A stretch of 63,797 nucleotides of DNA, filler included, from Chiloscyllium plagiosum (GCF_004010195.1; 4 parts of 2 records of this genome joined end to end with filler, not necessarily neighbours in it); one strand, 5' to 3'. Positions 25,631 through 39,626 are shown, numbered from the whole stretch's first letter. Notes: generated from the sequence alone by a model not told the origin. Program-made: numbers and translations.

Positions 25631-26229
25631 CAACTTGAATATTTTCAAGTCAGAGGTAGATTGACTCCCTCACCTAAAAAGTATTTAAGATGATTGAGGG
25701 TAGATGGAAACATGAAATTAAAAACACAACAGATTAGCCATGATCTTATTAAATCATGGAGCAGGAGCAAGCTTGAGGGGTCGATTGGCATACTCTACTA
25801 CTCCTATATCTTATGTGTATAACCTAGTATACCTTAACTGAACCATCTCCAACTGAATATATTCTTGCTTAAATAAAGAGACCTAATTGTACACAATAGT
25901 CCAGGAATGGTCTCAACCTAAATCCTGTGTAATAGTAGCAGGTGTTCTAATTTTGTACTCCAACCCATTTGCAATAAAGGTCAACATGCTGTTTGCTTTC
26001 CTAATTGCTTGATATACCTGCATGTCAACTTGCTGTTTTCTTCTTTGAGGTATCCAAAAAAAGGTTTGCATAGAAAAACAGTTACGTTTCCTCACTGGGC
26101 AGGAGTTAATTTTAGTTCAGCAGGGTAAAGCAACTATATTGCTATAGTTGAGAAGCAAGTTGATAGAACACGAACAACACAATCATAAAATAAGACTTCA
26201 TCACACTAACCATTGGCTTTTAAGATGTC

Positions 26230-26660
26230 AGCAAGGACTCAGCTGGTAACGCATGAAATTAAGTCACACTTAAGACAAGCACATAATCTAGACTGACACG
26301 CCAGTCTAATACTGAGGGAATGCTGCACTGTCCAAGTGCTAATTTGTGGCCAGATGGACATAGCAGATCACACAGTATTGAAGAAAAATTATTCGAGTTC
26401 ATAATTACATGTCAATCAATATCACCAAAAATAGTTTGTTCTGAAGGTTTGCTGGTCTCAAAATGCTAACTGTTTTTCTCTCTACAGATGTAGCCAGATC
26501 TGCAGTGCTTCTCTAGCACTCTTTCTTGTTTCAGATTTCCAGCATCTACAGTTGTTAGTGTTTATGAAAGCTTTTACATCATTACTTAATGCTGCATTAC
26601 AACTGTGAATACACGTTCAGAGGTACTGCAATTGGCTTTGAAAGTGCTGAAAGGTGGTGG
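26230..26660 (+). mobile_element. Decayed Deu-domain SINE with a PLE tail fragment (~26465-26555) inside
   Basis: GACTGACAC..TACTGAGGGAATGCTGCACTGTC resembles the Deu domain and the 41078-41430 copy. Confidence 0.5.
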
Positions 26661-27980
26661 TGTCTTTTTCAAGTTGACTTGCTACATGAAAAAACAGCAT
26701 TTTGTTTTACTCAATTGTAACATGCTCTTGTAAAATTTTACCTGTCGTCAAGAAAGATGAAGTTCTCTGACTGTTATCCTCTATCCTGGAGATATTAATG
26801 AGATTGACAGCCTTGTATTAGAAGAACTGATGAACATAAAGCATGTTCGAAGACTGACAATTATTTCTAATTTGCTCCTTGCTGAAATTTCTAACAAATG
26901 GTTCAAATTGGAATAGAACTGATTGAACGATCACTGCATTTCTTTGATATATATATGAGCAAGATTTTCCATGATTTTTCTTTACTACTTAAAATATGGA
27001 CACGCATTTACAAATGCCAGCTTAAATGACAGCACGTTCATGTTCCACTGACTTTCAGTTTAGCCCGTTGTCTTCAGGTATCATTTAGCCTATATATTGT
27101 TGCATTTTGAGTTAACTTGCTATTTATTTTAAAATTACATTAGCTTATTTGTCAACCTTTGCTCGCTCTCTCTTACCATGTTGCCAAATGTAATATCCCT
27201 GAAGGATTCACTATATCATCCTGTTCACCCTGGATGAACAGCTTTTTTTTTAAACTGTTCCAATTTTTTTTATAGATGAGAAAATTTAAAAGCCACATCA
27301 TTTCCACAATGCCCATGATTTTTTTCCCCTGGATTTTGTTCATAGCAGTGTTTTATAGTCTAATCTTTCACTCCTGGAAAATCTTGGAGGGCTCACAACC
27401 CCATACTAAGTTGCCATGTGTGATCCTTTGTTTAATCTAAGGCCACTCTAAACCAGGCACTGGTAAACCCAATAGCAAAGCACTCTGTCAAATTAACAAA
27501 TTAGATTAGGTTGGATTGGATTGGATAGGTGGATGAAGGAAAATAGGCTGAATAGACCTTGGGAACAGGGTAAATAGGATTAGCCCACTATCAGCTCTCT
27601 GCTTCAGATGGATGATCAGCAGCTGAATGTAACACTGCTGATTATAGAGTTCTTCATTTTCACTTTTTACTGTGAAATTCCCAGAGCTTACAATTGTCCC
27701 CAATCAACTTCCACTTCACATCTGACAGATTTGCAAACTTGCACAATTTTCTAAAACCTTGCAATTATTATTCAAGATTTCCAACCTTTGGTTTTGAACA
27801 TGTGAAGTATACACAAGAGCTTGTGTCACTACTGCCTGAAGTGGTTGCAATTTCTGTATATTAATATCAGTCAAGACTTACAGGATTGAGAATAACCATA
27901 TTCTTCCAAAGCCTTCCCTTTAAATTGTAGATCGTTCCTGTGTTGACTCTTTCTCCCATCTACAGTGTCTGGATGACTTG

Positions 27981-28094
27981 TAGCACTGGTTCTAACTCTG
28001 CTCTGCCCTGGTAACATCTAGCATTGGTTCTAAATCTGCTCTGCCCTGGTAACCTCTAGCATTGGTTCTAACTTGGCTGTGTCCAGACAACCTC
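27981..28094. repeat. 38-bp tandem repeat x3
   Basis: TAGCA(C/T)TGGTTCTAA..CTGCTCTGCCCTGGTAAC(A/C)TC at 27981, 28019 and 28057 (third copy diverged). Confidence 0.9.
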
Positions 28095-28329
28095 TAATAC
28101 CAATTCCATTCACTTTAGCCTACAACTGTGCAACTCCCAAATCATCACTGGGTTTTTTAAAAAATGTTGAAGTATTATTTATCTACACATTGAAAAATAT
28201 TTGCCCTTATTTTATTGCAAATTAGACTGGGTCAAAAATTAGGAAGTTATTGAAAGCTTTGATGATCCATCTTGGCTACAGTGATTCCTCAGCCACTTTT
28301 GTTGGCTCAGCCAGGAATTATTGACTACC

Positions 28330-30320
28330 TCCAGCTGCCATTGAGAAGGTGATGGTGAGCAGCCTTCTTGAACCACTGGAGTCTATTTGCTGGAGATACA
28401 ACTTTAATGCCATTAGGGAAGGAGTTCTGGGATTTTGACCCAGCAGCTTTGAAGAAACAGGCCTCTGACTTGCTCTTTTAGCAACTTACTTATATGGCTA
28501 TTCCAGTTCAGTTTCTAGCTACTGGTTGCCCCCAGGATGTTGACAGTGGGGCATTTAATGGCGGTATTGTTAGCAAATGTCAAGGGGTGATGGTTAAATT
28601 CTGTCTTGTTGGAGATGGTCATTGCCCAAGAATTATGTGGTACAAATGTTACTTGCTACTAATTAGCCAGGATGCTGGCTGCAGTTCATACCTGACACAT
28701 AGGAAGATGGATATGGTCATTGAAGGTCAACCATCTCAGCTCCAGGACATCTTTGCAGGTGTTCCACAGGATACTGTCCTAAGCCCAACAATCTTCAGCT
28801 GCTTCATTAATGACCATCCCTCCATCATAAGATCAGAAGTGGGGATGTTCACTGATGATTGCACAACGTTCAGCAGCATTCAGAACTCCTCAGGTACTGA
28901 AGTGGTCCATGTTCAACTGCAACAAGATCTTAACAATAGCAAGGTTTGGGCAGACAACTGACAAATTACATATATGCCAATGCCAGCAATGACCACCTCC
29001 AAAAAGAGACAATCATCCCTGGACATTCAATGACATTTGCCATCACTGAATCCTCCATTATCAACATCCTGGAGTTCCCATTGAACAAACACTGAACTGG
29101 ACTAGCCACGTAATTACCATGGCTACAAGAGCAGTTAAGAGGCCAGGAATACTGCAGCAAGTAACTCACCTCTGCCTCCCTAAAGCCTATCCACCCCTAC
29201 AAGGCACAAGTCAAGAGTGTGATGGAATACTTCTGGATGAGTGCTGCCCTGGCAATGCTCAAGAATTTGATACAGTATTCATAGGACTGGACAAAGCAAT
29301 CATTTGATATGCATCACTTCCACATACATTCAATCTTGCCACCAAAGACACCATAGACAGCATCTTCCAAACCCATGACCACTTTCATCTAGAAGAACAA
29401 GGGCAGCAAATACAGCAGATACATGGAAACACCACACTTGAATTTCCCGTCCAACCCACTCACCATCCTGATCTAGAAACATATCACTGTTTCTTCAGCA
29501 TTGCTGGATCAAAATCCTGGATTCCTCTCCCTCTCTAACAATATTGTGGGGTACCTACACCAAATGGGCTGCAGTGGTTCAAGAAGGTGGTTCACTGACT
29601 CGTTCTCAAGGGTAACTGGGATGGACAAAAATACTAGTCCAATTAATGATGTTCACATCTCATGAATGATTTTTTAAAAATAAAATGCCAGTAATGATTC
29701 ACCCACTATCATCCTGGGACTATCATTGATCAGAAACTGAAATGGACCAGCCATATAAATACTGCGGCTAGAACAACAGAGCAGAGGATAGGAATTCTGA
29801 GGCAAGTAACTAATTTGCAGGCTGTCAATCAACCTGTCGATCATCTCCAAGAGACAAGTCAGGGGTGTGATGGATTATTTCCAAACAACACTGAAGAAGC
29901 TTGACAACATCCAGGACACAGCAGCCCATTTGGTTAACACAAAATCCTTCAACTTTCTTGCTTTTTATCACAGTAGTAGCAGGGTTTACCATCTAGGTGG
30001 TCTAGATCTGGATCTAGATCCGTGTAGTAACTCACCAAGGCTTCCAATAACATCTTAAAATACACAATCCCTGCACCCTAGAAGGACAAAGGCACAAGAT
30101 GCTTATGAAAATCACCACTCTCAAAGTCCCCTCCAAATCACACATCATCTGATGTGAGACTATATCACTGTTCCTTCACTGTCACTGAGTCAGCATTCGG
30201 AAACTCTTTCTTGACAGCCCTTTGATCTTCTACAATACTGCAGCAGTTCAAGAAGACAGCTTACCAGGGCAAATGACAAGGGTAATGAATGCTGGCCCAA
30301 CTAGCAACACCCACGCACCA
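28330..30320. mobile_element. Second LINE family (CR1/L2 clade): minus fragment ~28330-28670, plus RT-3' end ~28680-29680, second plus copy ~29685-30320
   Basis: AGVPQDTVLSPTIFSCFIND..GMFTDDCT RT motifs; shared 3' end. Confidence 0.8.
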
Positions 30321-31397
30321 TAAATACTGATGGGAGACCATACTGTTAAAACTGACGCATGCCACATTGCTTTAATAATAAAGCAATGTGGTTGCATTTT
30401 TCCAGAACAAGAAAATAAATAATGAAGTAGCATTAGAAATTAAAAACAATAAGGTTGATCAGAGCTCATCAAGTCTGAAATGTATATACCTGATATTACA
30501 ATAATGTTTAAAAATATGCAGGAAAAACTGGAGGTTTCTACAACATGAGTCAAGTTTAAAAATAAAACATCAGGCCCAAGCCACCGCAACGCCTTCAGAT
30601 CGTTTAAACTCACAACTAAAAGCTTAATCAGTGTTCTCGGGGAAAAAAGTGTCTCCGCTTTTAAGCTTTGTCAATGGCGACATTGTGTTTCACTGAAAGC
30701 CCCTCATTACAGCATCCAAATCATTCTTGTGATGCACGGTATGAGATCTGCTCATTAAAAAAAATTTACGAGGCTCTTTTAAAATCAGCTTGATTCATCA
30801 AATCCCCCACACATAATTGTACTTGCAAACCAAAGAAAAATGCATATGCTAAATGGAAAGATAGCAATCCAAATTTAAATACGTATATTACTGAAAAAAA
30901 CAATTGTACTGGGACAGGAGCTAGATTGGAATCAATCAGTGGCAGTATTTCACTGCTTTAACAAGTAATGGTAACATTCTGCCTGGAATACACAGTGAAG
31001 CTACAAATGAATTGAACCTGAAACAGTCATTTGCCTGATCTTTCTGTAGCAGCTAAAAACTCATTTGAATATGTGTTCAGTAGTTTTGTTTATGTAAGTG
31101 CCACAACATTCCATTTCAACACAGGGTCTCACCTAACAGGTTCAAGCCCCTTGTAGCTTCCATGGATGAAAGCAGAGGCTGCAGGTTGGATGAGCAAACT
31201 GATGCTGAACCGTGATACAGGAAGCCACTCAGGCAGGGGTGCGGGGAGAAGAGAGTTAGGAATACAGCCAGGGGTTGCGATAGTTATCTATGTAAAAAGG
31301 ACCGAGTGTGAGTCCAGATGGGTGTCTGGCCTACCATTGTCAGGGTTTGGGCCTGGAAACTAACTTAAAGTGGAGGTGGTGAAGAGGGTGAGAAAGG

Positions 31398-31490
31398 GAG
31401 AGAGAGCGCGAGAGAGACAGAGCGCGAGCGAGAGGGACAGCGTGAGAGTCAGACAGAACGCGAGAGAGAGAAAGTGCAAGAGAGAGAGAA
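31398..31490. repeat. Degenerate (GA)n / GAGC microsatellite
   Basis: Direct inspection. Confidence 0.85.
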
Positions 31491-31526
31491 ACGTTTAGGT
31501 GCTGTAGTCCACTGGAGTCTGTATGG

Positions 31527-31846
31527 GTGGCATGGTGGCTCAGTGGTTAGCACTTTTGCCTCACAGCGCCAGGGACCCGGGCTGAATTCCACACTCAGGC
31601 AACTGTCTGTGTGGAGTTTGCACATATGAAGTTTCCTCAGGGTCCTCTGGTTTCCCCCCACAGTCCAAAGATGTGCAGGGTAGGTGGATTGGCATTGGAA
31701 ATTGTTCATAGTGTCCAGGGATGTGTAGGTTAGGTAGATTAGCAAGGGAAATGCAGGGTTATAGGGATAGGACATTGGGAGGTCTGGGTGAGATGCTCTT
31801 TGGAGGGCCAAATGGCCTGCTTCCACACTGCAGGGATTCTATGATA
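31527..31846 (+). mobile_element. HE1/V-SINE-type SINE
   Basis: Head, core and GGGATTCTATGA tail. Confidence 0.9.
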
Positions 31847-31859
31847 CATAGTACCGTTG

Positions 31860-33260
31860 ACACAGGTAGGGCTTGAAAAGAGCTTTGGCTTACCCAAGGT
31901 CCAAATTAAAAAGCATAACCTAAAGGTAATGACCTCAGATTTATTCCCAGGATCTTGAACAAAGTGGAGTACAATAAATAAGATCAAAGAGCTAAATGCA
32001 TGGCTCAAAGACTGATGTGGGAGAAATGGGTTTCCATTCAAGTTGCAGTAAAGTGGGAGCTGATCTGTTGGGACAGTCATCGCCACACCCATGCTGGGAC
32101 CAGTGTTCTGGCAAATTGTATAACCTAGGGCAGTAGAAAGGACTTTAAAGGAAATATAGAGAGCGAGAGACCAAGCACTCATAAAGAAGTCATAAACTGA
32201 AGGGAAAGATCAAGATAAGAATACAAGGCAGGAATAAGGGAAATGATAACCAGAGTAAGGCGGGCAAGGACAGAGTATATAAACATTCCAAAGCACTAGC
32301 AGAAAAAGCCAGAGGTTGCAAAAATAATAAAAAGGCACAACAGAAAGTGCTGAAGCTGAATGAATTTGGAATTTGTAACAAAACAGGTCAGTTGTCAGCT
32401 CAAGTAGAAATAAATATATACAATCAAATAGCCATTACAGGGACATGGCTGCAAGATGACACAGGTAAGGATCTGAATATTCAAAATGTTTTGGGAAGAC
32501 AGGAAGCTAGGAAAGGGTTATAGGGAAGCTCTGTTCATTGCAAACCATGTTAGCACAATAACGAGTTGGACATACTGCTAAATATCAATCTTATCAGTGG
32601 AATCAGTTTGGAAATAAGAAAAAGGAAAGTAAGGAAACCATTTGTAGGAGTAATTTACAGAAGGATGGGGTATACTGTAAGAAATAATAGGACTAATGAG
32701 AAAGGTGCAACAATAATTATGGGCGATTTTAATCTATGTGCAGATTAGAACAATCAGATTGGCAAAGATAAGCTGGAAGATGCGTTCATTGTATGTATTC
32801 AGGACAGCTTCTTACTGTAGCACATTCTCGTGCCAATCAGACAGCAATCTATGCTAGATCTGGTAATGTGCATTCTTTTATTTTTTGACAAGATGTGAGC
32901 ATCACTGACAATGCCAGCATTTTGTTGCCCAAGCCAATGGTCTCTGAGAGCAGTTAAAAGTCAGCCACATTGCTGAGGATCTGGAGTTATGGATAAACTT
33001 TCCGAACCAGATGGGTCCTTACAACAATTGATGATAGTTTTACAGTTACGGTTACCTAAACAAGATTTTGATTCCTGATACTTTACCGATTCAATTGAGA
33101 GTCAACTAGTTGCTGACTTCCCTGGAGGACTGTCACTAGGTTGCTTATCTAATGACAGTATGCACTAAGCCACCATATCTGCTTGCAATGAAACAGCATT
33201 AATTAAATTAATGACAGGGTTCTCCTAGGTAGCAATGACCATAACTGTAATGAATGTTGT
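31860..33260 (+). mobile_element. Decayed CR1 (ORF1 3' part and endonuclease)
   Basis: ELNAWLKD*CGRNGF-like ORF1 end; VGVIYR..IIMGDFN endonuclease motifs. Confidence 0.7.
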
Positions 33261-33399
33261 ATTTAGTGCAAGTTAAATAATAAGTAAACAAAGTACAATA
33301 TGTGAGATGAAGTTGGTTTCAGGGAAGTAAGTTAATGGTATGCTGACATAAGCACAATTATTATTTCCTTTAGAAAGGAGAACAACTAAGAGGCTTCAA

Positions 33400-36300
33400 G
33401 GAAGTCATGACAGCAGAGCTTGCAACCGTGATCATGCTCCTCCTGTGCATTGTGGCAAATTATGGAAATTTCCATTTTCCCTGATGACCACGTGTGCAGG
33501 ATGTGTGTCCAGCTGCAGCTGCTGGCCAACAGCATTTCAGAGCTGGAGCTGGACCTGTGGCTGAAATCACTGTGGGGTGTCCACAGTGCTGAGCATGTTG
33601 TGGATATCACATTCAGTGAGGTAGAAACAAGCAGAAATCACAAAGTAGCGGAAGGCAAGTCATTCAGAAGTCACCTATGGCCTTCTAGCAGATATACCAT
33701 TTTGGATAGTGTCGGGGTAGATGATTATGCACAAGAAAGCAGGAGCAGTCAATTTCATAACACCATCTGCTATAGTGGTAAGGGACTCAAATGTAAGGAG
33801 AACAGACATTTCTGCGGCTGCAAGAGAGACTCTAGGAGGGTAGGTTACCTCCTGGTGTCAGAATTAGGAATATCACTGAATGGAAGAAGGGTTACATCCG
33901 AAACGTTGACTTCTCCACTTCCTGATGCTGTTTGGCCTGCTGTGTTCTGTCAGCCTCCCGCCTGTCTATTATGGATTCCAGCATCTGCAGTTTTTCTGAT
34001 TCTAACTGAATGGCTGCAGGGCATTCTGAACAAGCAATGTAAACAGAGAATGTAATACATATGGTACCAAAGATATAGGTAGAAAAAAGGATGAGATCTT
34101 GCAAACTGATTTTAGGGAGCTAGGAAGTAGATTAAAGAACAGGACCTAGGTTGGACCGAAGGGTCTGTTTCCATGCTGTACATCTTTATGACTCTATGGC
34201 TTACAGCGTCAGGTGGTTAGTTCAGAGAAATGGTGCTCAGGGAGGGATTTACAGAGGCACTGGGATCATTTGGGGGGGGGGGGGGGGAGGAGGAGGTTGG
34301 GACCTATGGTTGTACCTGGACCATAATGGAACCAGCATCCTGCCGGGAAAGTTAAGAGGTATTGAAATTATAGGCCAGCTAAGGCACAAGGGCATTTGGT
34401 AAGTCTGATGTACAAGGACATGAATTGAGGGCACAAATTAAAACTGGGGCTATGATGTAATTGCATTTTCAAGACATGGTTAAGAGAGGGACAGGATTGA
34501 CAGCTCAATATTTAAGGATATAAGGTCTTCAGGCAATTCAGGGAAGGAGGTGAAAGAGGAGGGAGGGGATGTTTCAATATTGATCAGAGAATCAATTACA
34601 GCAGAAAGGAGAAATGACATCTTAGAAAGCTCCTCAAATGAAGCCAACTTAACAGCAAAAAAATCACATTGCTGGAAGCGTACCTCTTAGTCGGACAGAA
34701 ATAGAAGAGCTAGAAATAGAAATAGTAGACAATTTCAGAAAAGTGTAAAAATATTAGGGTGGTGATAGTAAATGATTTCAACTTCCCCAACATTAACAGA
34801 AGTAATCATACTACAGAAGGTTTGGAGGGAGCAGAGTTCTTACAATGCATCCAGGAGAGCTTTGGAAGCCGATATATGGAAAGCCCTACAAGAGAGGGAG
34901 TGACCCAGGACTTAATGTTGGGTAACATGGTCAGGCAAGTGACTGAAATATCAATTGAATAGCATTTTTCAGACAACAATCATAGTTCTGTTAAATTCAA
35001 GATTGTTATGGAAAAGGACAAGGATGGGCCTGAAATCAAAGCTTTAAACTGAGGGAAGGTCGATTTTAATAAAATCTGAATGATTTGGCCAGAGTGGACT
35101 AGGAGCAGATACTTTTAGGTAAATCTGTCTTAGAGCAATGGGACACATTCAAATAGGACAGCAAAATAGGCGGCATAAAAGAATAATTACAAGTAAACTA
35201 AAGGAAAATCCAAAGTAATTTTACAAGTACATTAAGAATGAAAGGATAACGAAGGAAAGAATAGGGACCATAGTGTTCATTTGTGTGTGGAGCCAGAGGA
35301 TGTAGTCACAGTTCTAAATGAATACTTTGTATCAGTGTTGACTCGTGAGAGGGACAGACAATTTCAATATAGCAATCAGTGAGAAGGGCTTAAACAGATA
35401 CTTAAAAGAAACTATCATAGGCAGAGAGGAAATTCTAAGTGCTCTGGCAGGCTTAAAAAGTAGGCGAAGTTCCACAGCCGAATGAAGTGCATTGCAGGCT
35501 GTAGAGTAAGGCAAGGAAGAAATAGCACAAAATAATTTTCAATTGCTTTCTGGCCACAGGAAACTAAAGGACAGTCAATGCGGTTTTGTTGTTGAAGGGA
35601 GATAGAGATAAATCATGGAATTGCAGGTCAGACAGTCCAACCTCATGGTGGAGAAACTACTAGAAGCAATTCTGAGGGACAGAATTAATTTGCACTTGGA
35701 AGGCCAGGGATAAATCAGGAACAGAGAGCATGGTTTTTATTCAAGGGAGGTGATGTCTGACCAACTTATGTGCATTTGGAAAAGCAATGATTGGTTAGGG
35801 ATAGTTAACATGGCTTTGTGTGTGAGAAATAATGTCTCACTAACTTTTTGAGTTTTTTGAAGAAGTAACAAAGAGGATTGATTAAGCCAGAGCAGTGGAT
35901 GTGATATATATGGACTTCAGTTATCTGTTCAACAAGGTTCCTCATGGTAGACTCATTCGCAAGATGCATCACATGGAACACAAGGAGAACCAACCATTTC
36001 AATACAGAACTAGCTCAAAGGTAGAAGGCAGAGGGTGGTGGTGAAGAGTTGCTTCTCAGACTGGAGGTCTGTGACCAGTGGTGTGCCACAGGGATCGGTG
36101 CTGGGTCCACTGATTTTTGTTGTTTTTATAAATGATTTGGATGTGAACATAGGAGGTATATTTAGTAAGTTGGCAGATGACACCAAAATTGGAAGTGTAG
36201 TGGACAGTAAAGAAATTTACCTCAGAGGACAATGAAATCTTAATCAGATAGCCAATGGTCAAGGAGTGGCAGATGGACTTTAATTTAGATAAATGTGAAA

Positions 36301-37050
36301 TGCTTCATTTTGGTAAGGCAAATCAGGGTAGGACTCATACACTTAATGGAAAGGTCCTGGGGAGTGTTGCTGAACAAAGAGACGTTAGAGTGCAGGTTCA
36401 TCGTTCCTTGAAACTGGAGTTACAGGTAGATAGGATAGTGAAGGAGGTGTTTGGTATGCTTGCCTTTATTGGTCAGTGCATTGAGTATAGGAGTTGAGAG
36501 GTCATGTGGTAGTTGTACAGGACATTGGTTAGGCCACTTTTGGAATACTGCGTTCAATTCTGATCTCCCTGCTAAAGGAAGGATGTTGTGAAATTTGAAA
36601 GGGTTCAGAAAATATTTACAATGATGTTGCCAGGGTTTGAGCTATAGGAAAGGCTGAAGAGGCTGGGGCTATTTTCCTTGGAATGTTGGACACTGAGGGG
36701 TGACCTTATAAAGGTTTGTAAAATCGTGAGGGGCATGGATAGGGTAAATAGACAAGGGGTGGGGGATTCCAAACCTCGAGGGTATAGGTTTAAGGTGAAA
36801 GGGGAAAGATTTAAAAGGGACCTAAATGCAACATTTTCATACAGAGGGTGGTGCCTATATTGAATGAGCTGCCAGAGAAAGTTGTGGAAGTTGGTACAAC
36901 TACAACATTAAAAAGGCAACTGGATGGGTATATGAATAAGAAGGGTTTAGAGGGATATGGGCCAAATGCTAGCAAACAGGATTAATTTAGGATAACTGGA
37001 TGGAAGAGTTGGACCAAAGAGTCTGTTTCCACGCTGTTTGACTCTATGAA
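33400..37050 (+). mobile_element. Near full-span decayed CR1 mosaic (ORF1 Zn/leucine zipper, esterase, EN, RT, 3' end)
   Basis: DDHVCRMCVQLQLL..ELEL, RHFCGCKRDSRRV, NDFNFPNI, SPTREG, GVPQGSVLGP, KLADDTK and a (GACTCTAT) tail appear in order. Confidence 0.85.
33884..34004 (+). mobile_element. 121-bp PLE 3'-end insertion in CR1 ORF1, TSD ACTGAATGG
   Basis: TSD at 33875-33883 and 34005-34013; begins inside the hammerhead core (AAGAAGGGTTACATCCGAAACGTT). Confidence 0.8.
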
Positions 37051-37094
37051 TTAGTGATGCATCAAGGCATCTCCTCAATAACATTGTGATCCAG

Positions 37095-37434
37095 GTTAAA
37101 AATCACACAACACCAGGTTATAGTCCAACAGGTTTAATTGGGAGCACTAGCTTTCAGAGTGCTGCTCCTTCATTAGGTGGTTGTGGAGTATAAGATTGTA
37201 AGACACAGGATTTATAGCAAACGTTTACAGTGTTTGTAACTGATGTATAATTCTAGTTACATCACACAATAAACTTTTGCTATAAATTCTGTTTCTTACA
37301 ATCTTATTCTCCACAACTACCTGATAAAGAAGCAGCGCTCTGAAAGCTAATGATTCCAATTAAACCTGTTGGACTGTAACTTGGTGTTGTGTGATTTTTA
37401 ACTTTGTACATCGAGTCCAACACGGCATCTCCAA
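37095..37434. mobile_element. Fold-back PLE element (family P2), ~145-bp inverted arms, mutated hammerheads on both strands
   Basis: Arms ~37095-37240 and ~37255-37402; possible TSD ATTGTGATC (37083-37091 / 37435-37443). Confidence 0.85.
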
Positions 37435-38885
37435 ATTGTGATCAAGCACATTTGCATTAAATATTTGAAGTTAAAATATAAAGAGTTGATCAGGCAACAG
37501 CTGGAGTATAGTGTGCAATCTATGATTTACTATTGACCAATGAGACTGCTAGAAACTGGCAGTTTGAAGAGCCACATTGCCATGATTAGTAAATTAGCCA
37601 ATAAAATTCCTCAAGGGTACATCAATTTACTTCCGTATAGAATAGTTAGATTTACAAATGAGAGAATTGAGCTTGAAACAAATTAACCTTTATTTTTAGA
37701 GAGGTAGTTAATGGAAACGTAACGGTTGGCTAGTTTAAAATAAAGACCATCACTGAATCTAACTGTGAACATTTCAGTTTTGTCAAACTCTTTCACAGTT
37801 CAGAAGCCACGCTGCCCTGTAATCGTAAACATTTAGCATGACAGCGACACAGTCTCACAAAAAACTAGATGGCTGAGGTTCACAGTGGCCAGTCCCATGA
37901 GTCTCACAGCTTTACCCAATAGATTGGTCTGATTATACTATATTGTAATCTGTCATGCATGTATCCGTGCCAAATCCTTAGTAATGGTCACAGTGAGAAA
38001 ACAAATTAAGATCATTTTATAATCCAGAGTCTCTTTTAACATGCCATTGTGGCGTGCTCGAATCAATAGATTCTAGCTTGATTAACCATAAGGTGCATGT
38101 CCAGGTACCAGGATAGGCAGACATGTGCAAAGGTTTGACAAAGTTCCCTGTGGGCATTGGCAAAATAAAATCTGAGGAAATGGATTGTATTTCTATCAAA
38201 TGTCTGGTCATTGAATTGAGATTAATTACTAAATACAGGACTTCTTTCTCAATAAATACTGGATGCACATGTACTTAAATTTCAAATGCTTTTTTTTCTA
38301 ATTACTAACAATTAGCCGACTTGCTTTAACACAGCACAAATAAATTAGTCCTGGAGAGACTAAATCTGGAAAATTCATAATATGAAACTAAAACAGGCAT
38401 CGAACAGATATTTTGTGTCTGTCTTCACGAAGGAATTTAAAACAACTCCATCACCAGAATAAGATGCTGGGAAAACTATCAGATGTAAAGGTTAACAAGT
38501 ATCCAGAATCAGGTAGCCTACATCCAGTGCCCCCAACGCCCCCACTAAAAAATGTGACTGCAGAGACAGTTAAGGCATTGGTTATAATCTTCTAAAATTC
38601 CTTAGAATTTAGAAGGATCCCAATGGATTGGAAAATAGCGAATGTAACGTATTTAATTAAGAAAGAAGGAAGATAGAAAACAGGAGACTAGAGGCCAGTT
38701 AGCTCAACATTTGTCTTGCTAGAATCCATTTTTAAAGAGGCTTTAGCAGGGTCCTTAGAAACTTGTAATGCAATGAGCAGTGTCGTCATACTTTTCAGTC
38801 CTCATTTACGGGCCTGGCTGTGTTCCTGAAAATTACAACTTTAAGTTGCTTTCCTTTATTGGTCAGAGTAGTGAATACAGCAGAT

Positions 38886-39626
38886 GGGAGGTCATGTTGC
38901 GGCTATACAGGAACATTGGTTAGGCCACTGTTGGAATATTGCGTGCAATTCTGGTCTTCTATCTATCAGAAAGATGCTGTGAAACTTGAAAGGATTCAGA
39001 AAAGATTTACATGGATTTGAGCTACAGGGAGAGGTTGAATAGGCTAGGGCTGTTTTCCCTGGAGCGTCGGAGGCTGAGGGGTGACCTTATACAGGTTTAT
39101 AAAATCATGAGGGGCATGGATAGGATAAATTGACAAAGTCTTTTCCCTGGGGTGGGGGAGTCCAGAACTAGATGGCATAGGTTTACGCTGACAGGGGCAT
39201 GATATAAAAGAGACCTAAGGGGCAACTTCTTCATGCAGAGGGTGGTACATGTTATAGAATGAGCTGCCAGAGGAAGTGGTGGAGGCTACTACAATTGCAA
39301 CATTTAAAAGGTATTGGGATGGGTATATGAATAGGAAGGGTTTGGAGAGATATGGGCCGGGTGCTGGCAGGTGGGATTAGATTGGGTTGGGATATCTGGT
39401 TGGCATGGACAAGTTGGACCGAAGGGTCTGTTTCTGTGTTTGTTTTAAGATTTCCTACAGTGTGGAAACAGGCCCTTTGGCCCAACAAGTCCACACCGAC
39501 CCTCCGAAGAACAACCCACCCAGACTCATGCTGGCAGGTGGGACTAGATTGGGTTGGGATATCTGGTCGGCATGGACTAGTTGGACCGAAGGGTCTGTTT
39601 CCATGCTGTACATCTCTACGACTCTA
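38886..39626 (+). mobile_element. CR1 3' portion with a duplicated 3' end and an inverted SINE tail (~39446-39527)
   Basis: VRPLLEYCVQFWS motif; 73-bp direct repeat at 39362-39434 / 39529-39601. Confidence 0.85.

Noticed and set aside
26742..26785. Minus-strand AG..AG|GTAAAA candidate upstream exon (44 nt)
   Set aside because: The only open frame exits in phase 1, incompatible with the phase-2 acceptor at 12000; no ARHGAP39 similarity.
33450..34055. 201-aa ORF as a host gene
   Set aside because: Decayed CR1 ORF1 read through a PLE insertion.
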